From IMG/VR virus record IMGVR_UViG_3300043185_000079: 64,000 nt of DNA; one strand, 5' to 3'. The notes under the pieces were generated by a model. The model was not told the origin of the DNA. It saw nothing but the letters and a program-made list of their open reading frames with translations, and made no database searches. The translations under genes were made by a program, and so were the position numbers. The DNA comes from a virus. Below, in pieces: positions 1 through 9,600 of the stretch; position 1 is the stretch's first letter, and each line of letters opens with the position of its first letter.

Positions 1-1
1 C

Positions 2-1183
2 GTCATCCTCGACGAGGTTGCACACTTCGTCGAGCAGGGCGGATCCTCGGCCGAAGAGGTCTATCAGGCGGTGCACGCGTCGACCGGCACGTTCACGCCG
101 AAGGACGACCTCGGTGAGCCGATCGACGGCGCGATGACAGAGTCCGAGGGACGGATGATTCTCATCTCGTCTCCACTGGGTAAGCAGGGACTGTTCTACA
201 AGAAATTCCAGCAGGGGATGAGTGGCGGAGAATCGGCCGGGCACATGCTGTGCATCCAGGCTCCGACATGGGAAGTCAACCCGACAGTCTCCGCGAGCGT
301 GTTCAAGGACGCCTACGCCGAGGACCCGAGGATCTTCTTCACGGAGTGGGGCGGGGAGTTCACGGACCGTACTCTCGGATGGCTGGAGAACCCTGAGGAT
401 CTCCTCGCGTGCATTGACAAGGAACTACGCCCACGGACGCGCGGGCAACCACGACGCCAGTACTTCGTAGGCTTCGACCTCGGGCTCGTCAACGACGCGA
501 GCGCGATCGCAATCACCCACATCGACGAGAACAACAGGATTGTTCTCGACTTCATCGGTCAGATGATGGCGGGTGAAGGAGAGTACGCGGACAAGGAGCG
601 ACTGGAGTTCGATGATGTGGCGGCGTGGATCTACGGCCTATCGCGTCGGTTCCACTTCCACTCGGGACTCTTTGACCAGTGGGGAGCGATCCCACTGGAA
701 CAGGCGCTCGCCAAGAAAGGCTTGACGCAGATCGAGGGAAAGTTGTTCTCGCCGCAGGAGAAGTCGCAGATTTGGCAGAACTTCAAGTCCATGATCTGGG
801 ACAAACGTCTCGTCCTCTTCGACATCACACCGGAAGAGAGGCAGAAGTATCTGTCCCGGGAGGAGATTCCGCCGGACCACCTCGCGTACATCCAGCAGAT
901 GCTCGAGCTGCAGGCGACGTACAAGAGTCGGTACGTCGTCGAGGTCGAAGCGCCGCAGACGGATGGCAAGCACGACGACTTGGCGGACGCGCTCTCCAGG
1001 TCGGTATGGCTCGCGAGTCAGCAGATTGGGAAGCTCAAACACATCGCTCGCAGCGGCCTCAACACTCCAGCACACGTCGTGCGACCCCAGGTTTCGGCCG
1101 CGATTCGCCGGGCCAATCGCAGGCAGTCCCTCCTTGGAGGGTCCGATCCCAAGCGGCAGATCCAGAAACGGAGGCGATGGTAG
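2..1183 (+). CDS. terL: Terminase large subunit (5'-partial)
   Basis: Frame is open from the window start. Walker B VILDEVAHF at nt 2, ISSP coupling motif, RNase H-like nuclease motifs VGFDLG..D and HDDLADAL; lies upstream of the portal. Confidence 0.92.
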   Translation, partial: VILDEVAHFVEQGGSSAEEVYQAVHASTGTFTPKDDLGEPIDGAMTESEGRMILISSPLGKQGLFYKKFQQGMSGGESAGHMLCIQAPTWEVNPTVSASVFKDAYAEDPRIFFTEWGGEFTDRTLGWLENPEDLLACIDKELRPRTRGQPRRQYFVGFDLGLVNDASAIAITHIDENNRIVLDFIGQMMAGEGEYADKERLEFDDVAAWIYGLSRRFHFHSGLFDQWGAIPLEQALAKKGLTQIEGKLFSPQEKSQIWQNFKSMIWDKRLVLFDITPEERQKYLSREEIPPDHLAYIQQMLELQATYKSRYVVEVEAPQTDGKHDDLADALSRSVWLASQQIGKLKHIARSGLNTPAHVVRPQVSAAIRRANRRQSLLGGSDPKRQIQKRRRW

Positions 1184-1444
1184 ATGGTGAAGGGTATCTC
1201 GCCCGACGATCCTTGTCGGGCCGACCATCGGATCATCCGGTTCTTGCTCGACACGTTCTTCAAGAAGAAGAACGCACTGCACGACCCGAAGGAATTCGAC
1301 AAGGTATCGCGAGTATTCGCCAAAGCAGGTGGATCCTGGGAGCGACTGTTCAAGGGGGCGGCCGAGGACCTGAATCTCCTTAAGCGCGTCATCAAAATCG
1401 CCCTCAAGACGGGCCACATCTCCAAGGCACCGCGTCTCCGGTAG
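1184..1444 (+). CDS. Hypothetical protein
   Basis: 86-aa ORF starting immediately after the terL stop. Confidence 0.65.
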   Translation: MVKGISPDDPCRADHRIIRFLLDTFFKKKNALHDPKEFDKVSRVFAKAGGSWERLFKGAAEDLNLLKRVIKIALKTGHISKAPRLR

Positions 1445-1459
1445 GATGAGGACGAGTAG

Positions 1460-1954
1460 ATGCACGAGGACGACGACATCCAGCCCGAGAATCTCAAGGC
1501 TCCCGAGAAAGAGCCCGATGCGAGTCCTGAACTCGCGAAGATCGAGCGGCAGTCGATCCATGAGGCCATCGCATCCCTCAATGATGCCCAGCTTCAAGAG
1601 CGGATCGACGCGGAACGGGCGGCCCGCCGTCGAGAGCACGAAGAGAAGACTCGGGTCTTCAAGGTACGCAGGACGGAAGAGGCCAGGCGTGCCCGTACAC
1701 AACGAGTCCGGGCCCTCGTCAGTGCCGAGGAGAAGGTGCAGGCGCACGTTGCCGCCGCCTCGCGGTCCATCCGGGCCGCTATCCGCGAACTCACGGATCT
1801 CCCCCTACCGCGCCACTCGCGGGAGGCGAGGGAACAGAGGCGAGCCATCACCACGCTGGGAACAGCACTGGGATCTCTCCGGGCAGCCGGTCGCCGCATG
1901 TCCGTGTCCGAAGACGCCGACATTGATCCCGATCTCGATCTTGATGTCGGGTGA
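1460..1954 (+). CDS. Hypothetical coiled-coil protein
   Basis: 164-aa charged helical ORF between terL and the portal. Confidence 0.65.
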   Translation: MHEDDDIQPENLKAPEKEPDASPELAKIERQSIHEAIASLNDAQLQERIDAERAARRREHEEKTRVFKVRRTEEARRARTQRVRALVSAEEKVQAHVAAASRSIRAAIRELTDLPLPRHSREAREQRRAITTLGTALGSLRAAGRRMSVSEDADIDPDLDLDVG

Positions 1955-1995
1955 ACCTACGATGAAGACCATGATCCCACAGACGCGAGGACGCT

Positions 1996-3939
1996 ATGCC
2001 GGCTGAGGGCACGAAGAACGCCATCGCTGGGTCGGCAAGCCCCTCGTCTCTCAAGAAGAACGACGACGAGGTCGTGGTGGGCACGGTCGAGCAGCGAAGA
2101 GGACGGCCCGAACGCGTGGGCGTGGACACCATGAGAACGGCATCGGCCGGGAACGCTCAGGTGGCCGAGGATAGTCGTCGAGGGGTTCAAGTTGGAAAAC
2201 CTTCCCGTGTTGTCACGGGAACCATGCGTGGCCGGGCTGGTCCTCCCAGCTTCCGTGACAAGGTAGCGGCGGCATGTGGCCCTGGATCGGGGAGTTTCGG
2301 TGGCCTTGGCGGCGCTGGGGGCGTTGTCGGCGGGGGAGGAGGGAGCGGCGGGGGAGGAGGGTTCTCTGGCAACTTCGGACCGGGCAGTGTCGCGCAGGCC
2401 AGTTCGGGCAACTTCTACAGTCCCGAACTCAGCACGGACTTCCTGGAGCTTCCACAGTCTCTCAACGAACAGTGGAACTACTACAGGTTTTTCTACAACA
2501 ACGAGCCGTTCGTCGGACAGGCTATCGATCTACACACGGAGCTGCCGCTGTCGAAGGTCCGGCTGGCTCGCCCGAGGGCTCAGACCCGCGAACTCGCCGA
2601 TCAGGCTCTCCGGTTTTGCGAGAAGTGGATCAACCGGATCGGACTCCTGCAGCGGCTTATTGAGATTGTTCACGAGTACTACCTGATCGGCGAGGTGTTC
2701 ATCTTCTGCGAGGACGCGAACCCGGACATGCCGCAGGAGGTCCGACAGAAGGTGGTGCGCGAGGTCAAGCCCGACGGCTCCCTGGTCGAGACATGGGTGG
2801 ACTACGATGACGCCGACGCGCGAGCGGTGCGGTGGATGAAGAAGAACTACAGGGGCTGGACGGCCATCCGCGTGCTGCCACCAGAGCAAGTCCACATCGA
2901 GACATTCCCCTTCACGAGCCAGGCTCTCATCGAGCTAATTCCTGACGCCAAGACGAGGCATGTCATTAACATGGCGGACCAGGGCGACGAAAGGGCCTGG
3001 CGCATTGTCGAATCCATGGACTCCGCCGTCGTGGATGCCGTGCGCGGTGGCGCGAACATCCCCCTGAGCACCGATCCGGACGGGGGCTCTTTTGTCCACT
3101 ACATGGCGAACAAGAAGTCCCAGTATGAGCCCAGGGGCCACAGTATCCTGCAGCGATGTTTGAGGGTCTTGGTATTTTCTGACAAACTGAGACAGGCTCA
3201 GACTCAAATTGCTTCGCGGCACATGACCCCGATCCGTCTCGTCTACGCTGAGGACATGGACGAGACGGACACGGAGGCGCTGCGCGACCAGATTGATCTC
3301 GCCTTGCAGGACCCCGACTACTCGATCGTGACCAACTTCCAGGTCACGTGGGAGGAGATGAACAGTAACGGCCGTTTGCTTGAGCTGTCCTCAGAGTACG
3401 ACCTCATCAACCGCCAGCTCTACGCGGGTCTCGGCGTCACCGAGGCGCTCCTCAACGGCGAGTCGAGCTATTCCGGCGACCGCATCAACCTGGAAGTCAT
3501 CAACACGAGGTACATGCTCCTCCGCGAGAACATCCAGAACCTCGTGGAGGAGAACTTCTTCAAGCCCATGTGTCGACGCATGGGGTTCGTCGAGGAGGAT
3601 GAGGACGGCAACCTGGAAGTCATCTACCCTCGCCTGTCCTTCACGCGGCTCGCTCTCCGGGACAACCAGGACACCTTCGACGCGCTGTTCCAGCTCTACC
3701 AGAAGGGCTCGCTGGACGTGGAGACCATCCTGGATCTACTGAACATCGACCCCGTGACCGTGCGCGAGCGCCTGGAGCGGGATTTTGCGACGTATAACGA
3801 CGCGAACTTCAACGAGGTTCTTCGGTCGATGTACGGACGAGTCGGTGACCAGATCGTGGAGGGGTCGGACCTGGTGGAGAGGATCGCCAAGACCCTCGGG
3901 CTCGAGTACAAGAAGCCCGAGCAGGCTGGCCGTTTCTAG
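1996..3939 (+). CDS. Portal protein with long Gly-rich N-terminal extension
   Basis: Position after terL; 647 aa; portal-like segments (FVGQAIDLHTELPLSK, YEPRGHSILQRCL, GLGVTEALLNGE). Confidence 0.85.
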   Translation: MPAEGTKNAIAGSASPSSLKKNDDEVVVGTVEQRRGRPERVGVDTMRTASAGNAQVAEDSRRGVQVGKPSRVVTGTMRGRAGPPSFRDKVAAACGPGSGSFGGLGGAGGVVGGGGGSGGGGGFSGNFGPGSVAQASSGNFYSPELSTDFLELPQSLNEQWNYYRFFYNNEPFVGQAIDLHTELPLSKVRLARPRAQTRELADQALRFCEKWINRIGLLQRLIEIVHEYYLIGEVFIFCEDANPDMPQEVRQKVVREVKPDGSLVETWVDYDDADARAVRWMKKNYRGWTAIRVLPPEQVHIETFPFTSQALIELIPDAKTRHVINMADQGDERAWRIVESMDSAVVDAVRGGANIPLSTDPDGGSFVHYMANKKSQYEPRGHSILQRCLRVLVFSDKLRQAQTQIASRHMTPIRLVYAEDMDETDTEALRDQIDLALQDPDYSIVTNFQVTWEEMNSNGRLLELSSEYDLINRQLYAGLGVTEALLNGESSYSGDRINLEVINTRYMLLRENIQNLVEENFFKPMCRRMGFVEEDEDGNLEVIYPRLSFTRLALRDNQDTFDALFQLYQKGSLDVETILDLLNIDPVTVRERLERDFATYNDANFNEVLRSMYGRVGDQIVEGSDLVERIAKTLGLEYKKPEQAGRF

Positions 3940-3947
3940 CTCACAGC

Positions 3948-3961
3948 GCTACTCGTTCTAT
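3948..3961 (+). promoter_or_regulatory. Putative phage promoter motif copy (GCTACTCGTTCTAT)
   Basis: Matches the recurring intergenic consensus NNT(A/T)NT-N5-(T/G)AT; lies just upstream of the next ORF. Confidence 0.5.
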
Positions 3962-3981
3962 CCGATACCGTGGGAGAGACC

Positions 3982-6051
3982 ATGGTGCTCCCATCGATCG
4001 ATCTCCCGACTCGCGAGAGTATCGGACATCCTGCGGACACCCCGGCCAGGGTCGGAATTCTCGTCCACATGGCTCGACCCTCCAGGCGCCGCGAGTACAG
4101 CATGTCTCGGTGCATGGGGGAGGGTTGCAAGCGGTCCCCTGAGATCGAGTGCATCTGGGCCGACGGTCGTGGCCGCGCCTGGTTCTGTGAGCGACACTTC
4201 GACGCCTGGGCTGCGAAAGACACGGACGGAGGACTCCCGAAGGCTATCGTCAAGCAGCGCAGGGTTCCTGACGGTGTGGTGGGCGAAAAGTACGGCGAGT
4301 ATCCCGAAGCCAAGACGGCTGCGGGGGCCCAGTTCATCGTCGTGTCCGCGAAGGGCCCTGGACAGTGGCCTACCGACCCCGTCCAAGTCATGTCCCGGGA
4401 AAGGGCCCTCGACTACCAGTCCGCGGGTGTCGTGATAGCCGGGTTTCGCACGGAGCGCGAGGCTGAGGAATTCGCAGACAAGATGCGTGACGCTGCTATC
4501 GACGTGACGGCGCCCGACGGGACGATCGTGTTCTCCGGGCGTCTCCTCGACTTCTCCGATCTGGCTCCGCGCCTCGGACTCAGGTTCGTCGACCGAGGGC
4601 GGCTTTTGCAGATCCTGCACCGTCCCACGACGGTGATCGGATCCGGCAGGCGCCAGATGACGGTCACGCGCCGCGCGGGCAAGACCGCCAAGGCCACCGG
4701 ATGCAAGACAGGCGACGGTCACAGCGTTGGGCTGTTCATCCCGCTCCCGCGAGATTTGGCCAAGAAGTTCCCTTCGCTGGGCGAGAATGACGACTCACCC
4801 TCCCATGTGACATTCCTGTACATCGGAGATTTCAAGGGAAAACGGAAGCAGGAGCGGCTCGTCGCCGTCCTACGAAGCTGCTTGCGTCGTTGGTGGCCCT
4901 CCTGTCGGGCGACACTCGGAGACTTGGCCTACTTCGATCACCACGACAAGGATCGCCGCGTGCCTCACGTCCAGGTCGACTTCGACAAGGACATGAGTGG
5001 ATTCAAGCACCGGCTGCGACAGGAACTTCACGAGGCCGGCATTGATGTTGGCGACACGTTCCCCGAGTACAAGCCCCACGTCACACTCGCTTACATGCCG
5101 GGCATGGATAGCGAGTGGGAAGGCCCTGTTCCGAAGGGGTCGTGGGACTTCGACACAGTCGAGATCTGGGGACTTCCGGAGGTCCACAAGATCAAGCTGG
5201 GGCCGTCGATTCACAAGATCTCGGAGGAGTGGGTTCTCCAAGTGATTGCTCGTCGTGTCGCGATGAAGCATTATGCTGCCGGTTGGCCGGACCGCGGCAG
5301 AGTAGCATCGGTATCCGTGAACGCGACGCACAGGCGCAACGTCACCCTCGTCAAGTGGCTATCCGACTTGGCGCAACATCTCGGCGTCGCAAGGGACACG
5401 TACGTCGTGGGTGGGGCCGTGCGAAATTTCATCCTCGGCGAGCCCATCAAGGACGTGGATGTCGTCATCGACACCATCAAGGCCGGCAGGGATTCTGAAT
5501 GGCTGGCGCAGCAGGTGGCCAAGGCGATCCCGGTCCCGACCAACGTGACAACGAACCAGTACGGAGTGGCCATTCTCACCGTCAAGGGCGACTGGGTCCT
5601 CGACGACGAGAACCTCCGCGGCGAGATCATCGAAATCGCCAACGCGCGCAAGGAGAGCTACGGAGGCGAGACGGGCAAGGGTTATAAGCCGCACATGGTA
5701 GAGCCCGCCACCATCGAGGAGGACCTCAGGCGAAGGGATTTCACGGTTAATACGCTGATGTGGAGGTTGCTCGACTTGGCACACGGACCCGACCGGGCCG
5801 AGGTCGTCGATCTGATGGGATGTGGTCGGCGAGATCTTGAGCAGCGAATACTTCGATGCCCGCAGGATCCAGATATCACTTTTTCGGATGATCCGACAAG
5901 GATGCTACGTCTGGTGCGGTTCATGTCCAGATACAACATGAAAGTATCTCCCGACGTAGCGGCAGCAGTGCGTCGCAACGCGCCCAAGCTCAAGAATGCT
6001 CCTTGGGAGGCCATCGCTTCGGTCCTGATGCAGACTCTGGAGGGACGGTAG
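3982..6051 (+). CDS. Multidomain protein: Cys-rich N-terminus, 2H phosphoesterase, class II CCA-adding/poly(A) polymerase head-neck domain
   Basis: Two HxT motifs (SHVTF 4804, PHVTL 5077); VGGAVR, DVD, EDLRRRDFTVN and DDPTRMLR nucleotidyltransferase motifs. Start uncertain (3970, 3982 or 4069). Confidence 0.88.
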   Translation: MVLPSIDLPTRESIGHPADTPARVGILVHMARPSRRREYSMSRCMGEGCKRSPEIECIWADGRGRAWFCERHFDAWAAKDTDGGLPKAIVKQRRVPDGVVGEKYGEYPEAKTAAGAQFIVVSAKGPGQWPTDPVQVMSRERALDYQSAGVVIAGFRTEREAEEFADKMRDAAIDVTAPDGTIVFSGRLLDFSDLAPRLGLRFVDRGRLLQILHRPTTVIGSGRRQMTVTRRAGKTAKATGCKTGDGHSVGLFIPLPRDLAKKFPSLGENDDSPSHVTFLYIGDFKGKRKQERLVAVLRSCLRRWWPSCRATLGDLAYFDHHDKDRRVPHVQVDFDKDMSGFKHRLRQELHEAGIDVGDTFPEYKPHVTLAYMPGMDSEWEGPVPKGSWDFDTVEIWGLPEVHKIKLGPSIHKISEEWVLQVIARRVAMKHYAAGWPDRGRVASVSVNATHRRNVTLVKWLSDLAQHLGVARDTYVVGGAVRNFILGEPIKDVDVVIDTIKAGRDSEWLAQQVAKAIPVPTNVTTNQYGVAILTVKGDWVLDDENLRGEIIEIANARKESYGGETGKGYKPHMVEPATIEEDLRRRDFTVNTLMWRLLDLAHGPDRAEVVDLMGCGRRDLEQRILRCPQDPDITFSDDPTRMLRLVRFMSRYNMKVSPDVAAAVRRNAPKLKNAPWEAIASVLMQTLEGR

Positions 6052-6102
6052 GCGTGGCGGGCAATTTCGCGAGATTCAATGAGATGTTCGGCTGCAGAGT
6101 CT

Positions 6103-6543
6103 ATGGCTGACCCAAGGAAAGCACTCAAGGAGATGAAGGCACTGGGTCTGCTGGACGTGGTGTCTGAGATGATCCGGGAACAGAAGCCGTTCGCTACCTA
6201 CATGGCCAACCAGCTCAGAGCCGACAGGCGCGTCCAGCTCCTTCTCGACATGATGGACCTTGGCGTCCCGGCCAGTATGCCCCTGTCCTTCCTCGACGCG
6301 GCCGGACGACAGCGCCTGCGCGAGCTGACCGTATCGATGTCTGAGGACGAGGCGTCGAGGCTCGTCGATCTCCTGATTAAGCCGCCCGTGGACAGCATGC
6401 GCGTCATCACAGAGCTTGCCCTGGAGGGGCCGGCGCGGGCCGGGATCCTGCCCGCAGCCAGGCAGCTGATTCTCGCGCACCCGTGGCTGGCTAACGATTC
6501 CCGCCGGCTGACGGAGGAGGTGATCCGGCAGTGGACCAAATGA
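6103..6543 (+). CDS. C-terminal (body/tail) part of the CCA-adding enzyme, split off by an in-frame TAG
   Basis: Same frame as the upstream ORF; begins MADPRKALKEMKALGLL, the expected P..AL..L...GLL continuation of class II CCA enzymes. Alternative start 6079. Confidence 0.7.
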   Translation: MADPRKALKEMKALGLLDVVSEMIREQKPFATYMANQLRADRRVQLLLDMMDLGVPASMPLSFLDAAGRQRLRELTVSMSEDEASRLVDLLIKPPVDSMRVITELALEGPARAGILPAARQLILAHPWLANDSRRLTEEVIRQWTK

Positions 6544-6692
6544 TCACCCGTGTCGCCGCCCGACATGCCGTGCTCCGTTCGGCAACGGGTTACTTCCGCG
6601 AGGGCGAGGACATCCTGTTCGATCGCTACAACAAGGCCGGAAGAGGAACCGGACGATGGGCCTCTTCAACATCTGGAAGTTGTCTGAGGTGA
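6540..6692 (+). CDS. Small ORF (MITRVAARH...), possibly the frameshifted N-terminus of the next gene
   Basis: ATGA overlap with the previous stop; carries the RVAARH motif; overlaps the open upstream frame of the 6656 ORF. Confidence 0.4.
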   Translation: MITRVAARHAVLRSATGYFREGEDILFDRYNKAGRGTGRWASSTSGSCLR

Positions 6693-9600
6693 GAGGCCTG
6701 CCTCCAAAAACCGGACGTGGAGTCGCGTTTCATGGTACGCGGTCGAAGAATCTCGATCACCTGCGGCGTTATGGGCTCGTGCCTGGAGCACGCAGTGCGT
6801 ACACGGACGCCTATAGTAAGTACGACGACGGGCGTCATCTGTTCTTCACAGACAATGAGGACTTGGCGCGCCATTACGGAGACCTGATTCTGCGATTCCC
6901 TTGGCCAAGCGAAGCCAAGCCTGATGTTAACGAATTCGGACGCTATCTTCCTGGACAGTTCGTCTCCTTGCGGAAAATCCCGCCAGACGAGATCGATGTT
7001 TTGCGTGAGGGTACTTGGGAACCTCTCGTTGGAGGCTTGTCGAAGCAGGCCTGCATCATCGTCGGCAAGGACTTCGACGGCCACCTCTGTCTCCTCAAGA
7101 ACCGGGATCGGTCGTACGACGTCAAGCTCCAGATCATGCACATGGAGTTCAACGGCGTCGAGATGGCGTTCGTACTCGATCTCGAGACCGGCTACCTGGA
7201 AGGGGTCAACGAGCACGGGATCGGCGTTGTCAACACGACGCTCATGGTGCTTCATGATGAGGCAGAAGGGCACTCGACCAAAACCAAGGGCAAGACGACG
7301 CTCAAGTCGAAGGATGGCCCGAAGATCTTCCACGCCCTCATACAGGACAATCTCCAAGACGCGGTCGATGTTCTCGTGAGTTTCCGGGGAGGGATCCGCG
7401 GCCACACGTTCGTGGCCGACGGACAGACGCTGCTCAGTATTGAGTGCACTCGAAAGAACCCGGCCCGGGTACATCATCTCGATCCGGGGAGGGTCAACAC
7501 GAGGACCAACCATGGCGTCTCATATCCCGAGGCTGGGTACACGCGCGGCGAGGACTATGTCTCGTCCATCGTCCGTCGATGGGAGGCGCAGAAGCGGATT
7601 CAAGGGGTGAAGCGGCCAGAGGCCGCTGCTCCGGCCCTCGCAACGCTGATCGACGAGGCCGACAGCCCGTTCAATCCTGTCCGAGTGACTGACAAGATGC
7701 GGACGACGAGCCAGCTCCTCATCGATACGAGCACTCCGTCTCTCTACCTCTACCTTATTCCAGGTCACGCGCGCGTCACCAAGATTCTCAATCTCCTTCC
7801 CGGAGGCAGAGCACCGAAGATTCCCGTCCGGGTGTTTCGCTACCGCAAGCGGATGGAAGACCGAGACTTTGAGGACGACGGCCATGAGATGAAGGATGAA
7901 GTGGCAGATCCAGGAGGTGACTTGCTGGAGAAACGAACTGCTCGCTATAAGGACAAGAAGACGGTCAAGACCAAAGACGGCGACGAGCGAGTCATCTACG
8001 AGTACGGCCCGCGACAGGTCCTCAACCGCAACAAGGCCAAGGCGGAGCGTATCGAGAATCTGCGCAAGCAGATGTCGGCTCTCCGTCGGAAGGTCAAGAA
8101 GGACCTGGAGTCGTCCGACGACCAGAAACGCGCTGTTGCTCTCGCCGTCGCGCTGATGGACGAAACCTATGAGCGGCCCGGCAACGAAGCCAGTGCCAGC
8201 GAGGGTCACTACGGCGTGACGACGTGGCAGAACCGGCACGTCAAGTTCCGCAACGGAAAGGCCACGATCACATACGTCGGGAAGTCTGGAGTCGAGCACA
8301 AGAAGGTCGTCGAGACACCGGCAGTCGTGAAGGCTCTCAAGATGCTCTGCAAGGGCCGAGGGAAGGATGATCGCCTCATCGACGTCGAGGCGGCTGACGT
8401 CAACGAGTTCCTACGCTCGTTCGAGATTACGGCCAAGGACATCCGAGGGTTCCACGCGAACCGCGAGATGAAGGACCGTCTCAAGAGGATCCGCCGTGAG
8501 GGGCCGGATCTCCCGCGGCCCCTCAAAGATCGAGACAAGATCCTGAAAGAGGAGTTCAAGCAGGCGCTGGCCGAAACCGCTGAGGCCGTAGGCCATACCG
8601 AATCCACGCTGCGCAGCCAGTACCTCGTCCCCGGGCTCGAGGACGAGTACATGAAGGACGGCACCGTCAGCGACAGCCACGTGAAGTCCGGGGGGGCGGC
8701 CCTTCTAGGCGCTCCTGGGGTCCAGGAGCGCCCAGAAGGCGCGCTGAGGGTCGCCGCCACCCGAGGCACACCGACGGAGCGGAGGATCCTGGCGAACGCC
8801 CTGCTTGCCCCGGTGCTCGTAGTGCGCGATCGCCGCTGGTGGCTCGACGAGGCGCCGTCCCTCTACCGCCTGGCCCGTGACCACGAGCGGCCTAGACCTG
8901 TCATCGACGGTCTCCGGTTCGACCCCGACCTGTTCGCGATGCTCTGGTACGAGGACGAGGACGGGAACAGGTTGCCCGAACCGCCCATTGGGGACCTCGC
9001 AATTCCGGAGGACTCCCATACACAGCATTCGAGGTTCCCCAACGTGCTGCGGCACACCATCCTGTTGCTTAATGACGACGGGACGTCGTCGAGCCTCGCG
9101 GCTGGGGAAAGTTCCTTTCCCTCTGATCTCGTGACGCAGATGGTTCGCAGCGGCGACTGGGACACCGCAGACGCAATCATGGTTGCCGGCCAGGCCTGCG
9201 AGCGATGCCTCAACGTCCTGCTCCACCATTACGGGATCGGGGATGGCTACCCGTTCGGGTCCGAGGACTATTGGCGGGCGAACACAGTCTGTTCGATGTG
9301 CGAGGACATCGGCCGTCGAATGGCGACGAAGTCTCCCGCCGAGAAGGAGGATGAGAACGTCGAGAAGATGCTACGGCCGGAACCGAAGAAGAAGCCTCCG
9401 CGCTACGACCTCCGCAACAACAGAACGCTGGAGGACCGGGACGAGGACCTGGAGGGTATGGGCGCAGGAGATCGTGGGGATCGAGACTTGAGTCTCAAGT
9501 GGAACAAGGTCGCTCATCGGGTGGCGTTCCGGTGGCTGGCCGTTCCCCTCGCGCCCGCTCCTCTGCGTGTGGCAATGCGGCGCATCGCCAGGCAGTTCCC

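Noticed and set aside
6049-6051. Genome-wide TAG recoding (genetic code 15) as the explanation for the in-frame stop in the CCA gene
   Set aside because: TAG terminates terL (1183), the portal (3939) and the major capsid gene (19389, followed by a terminator), and other genes are not fragmented.
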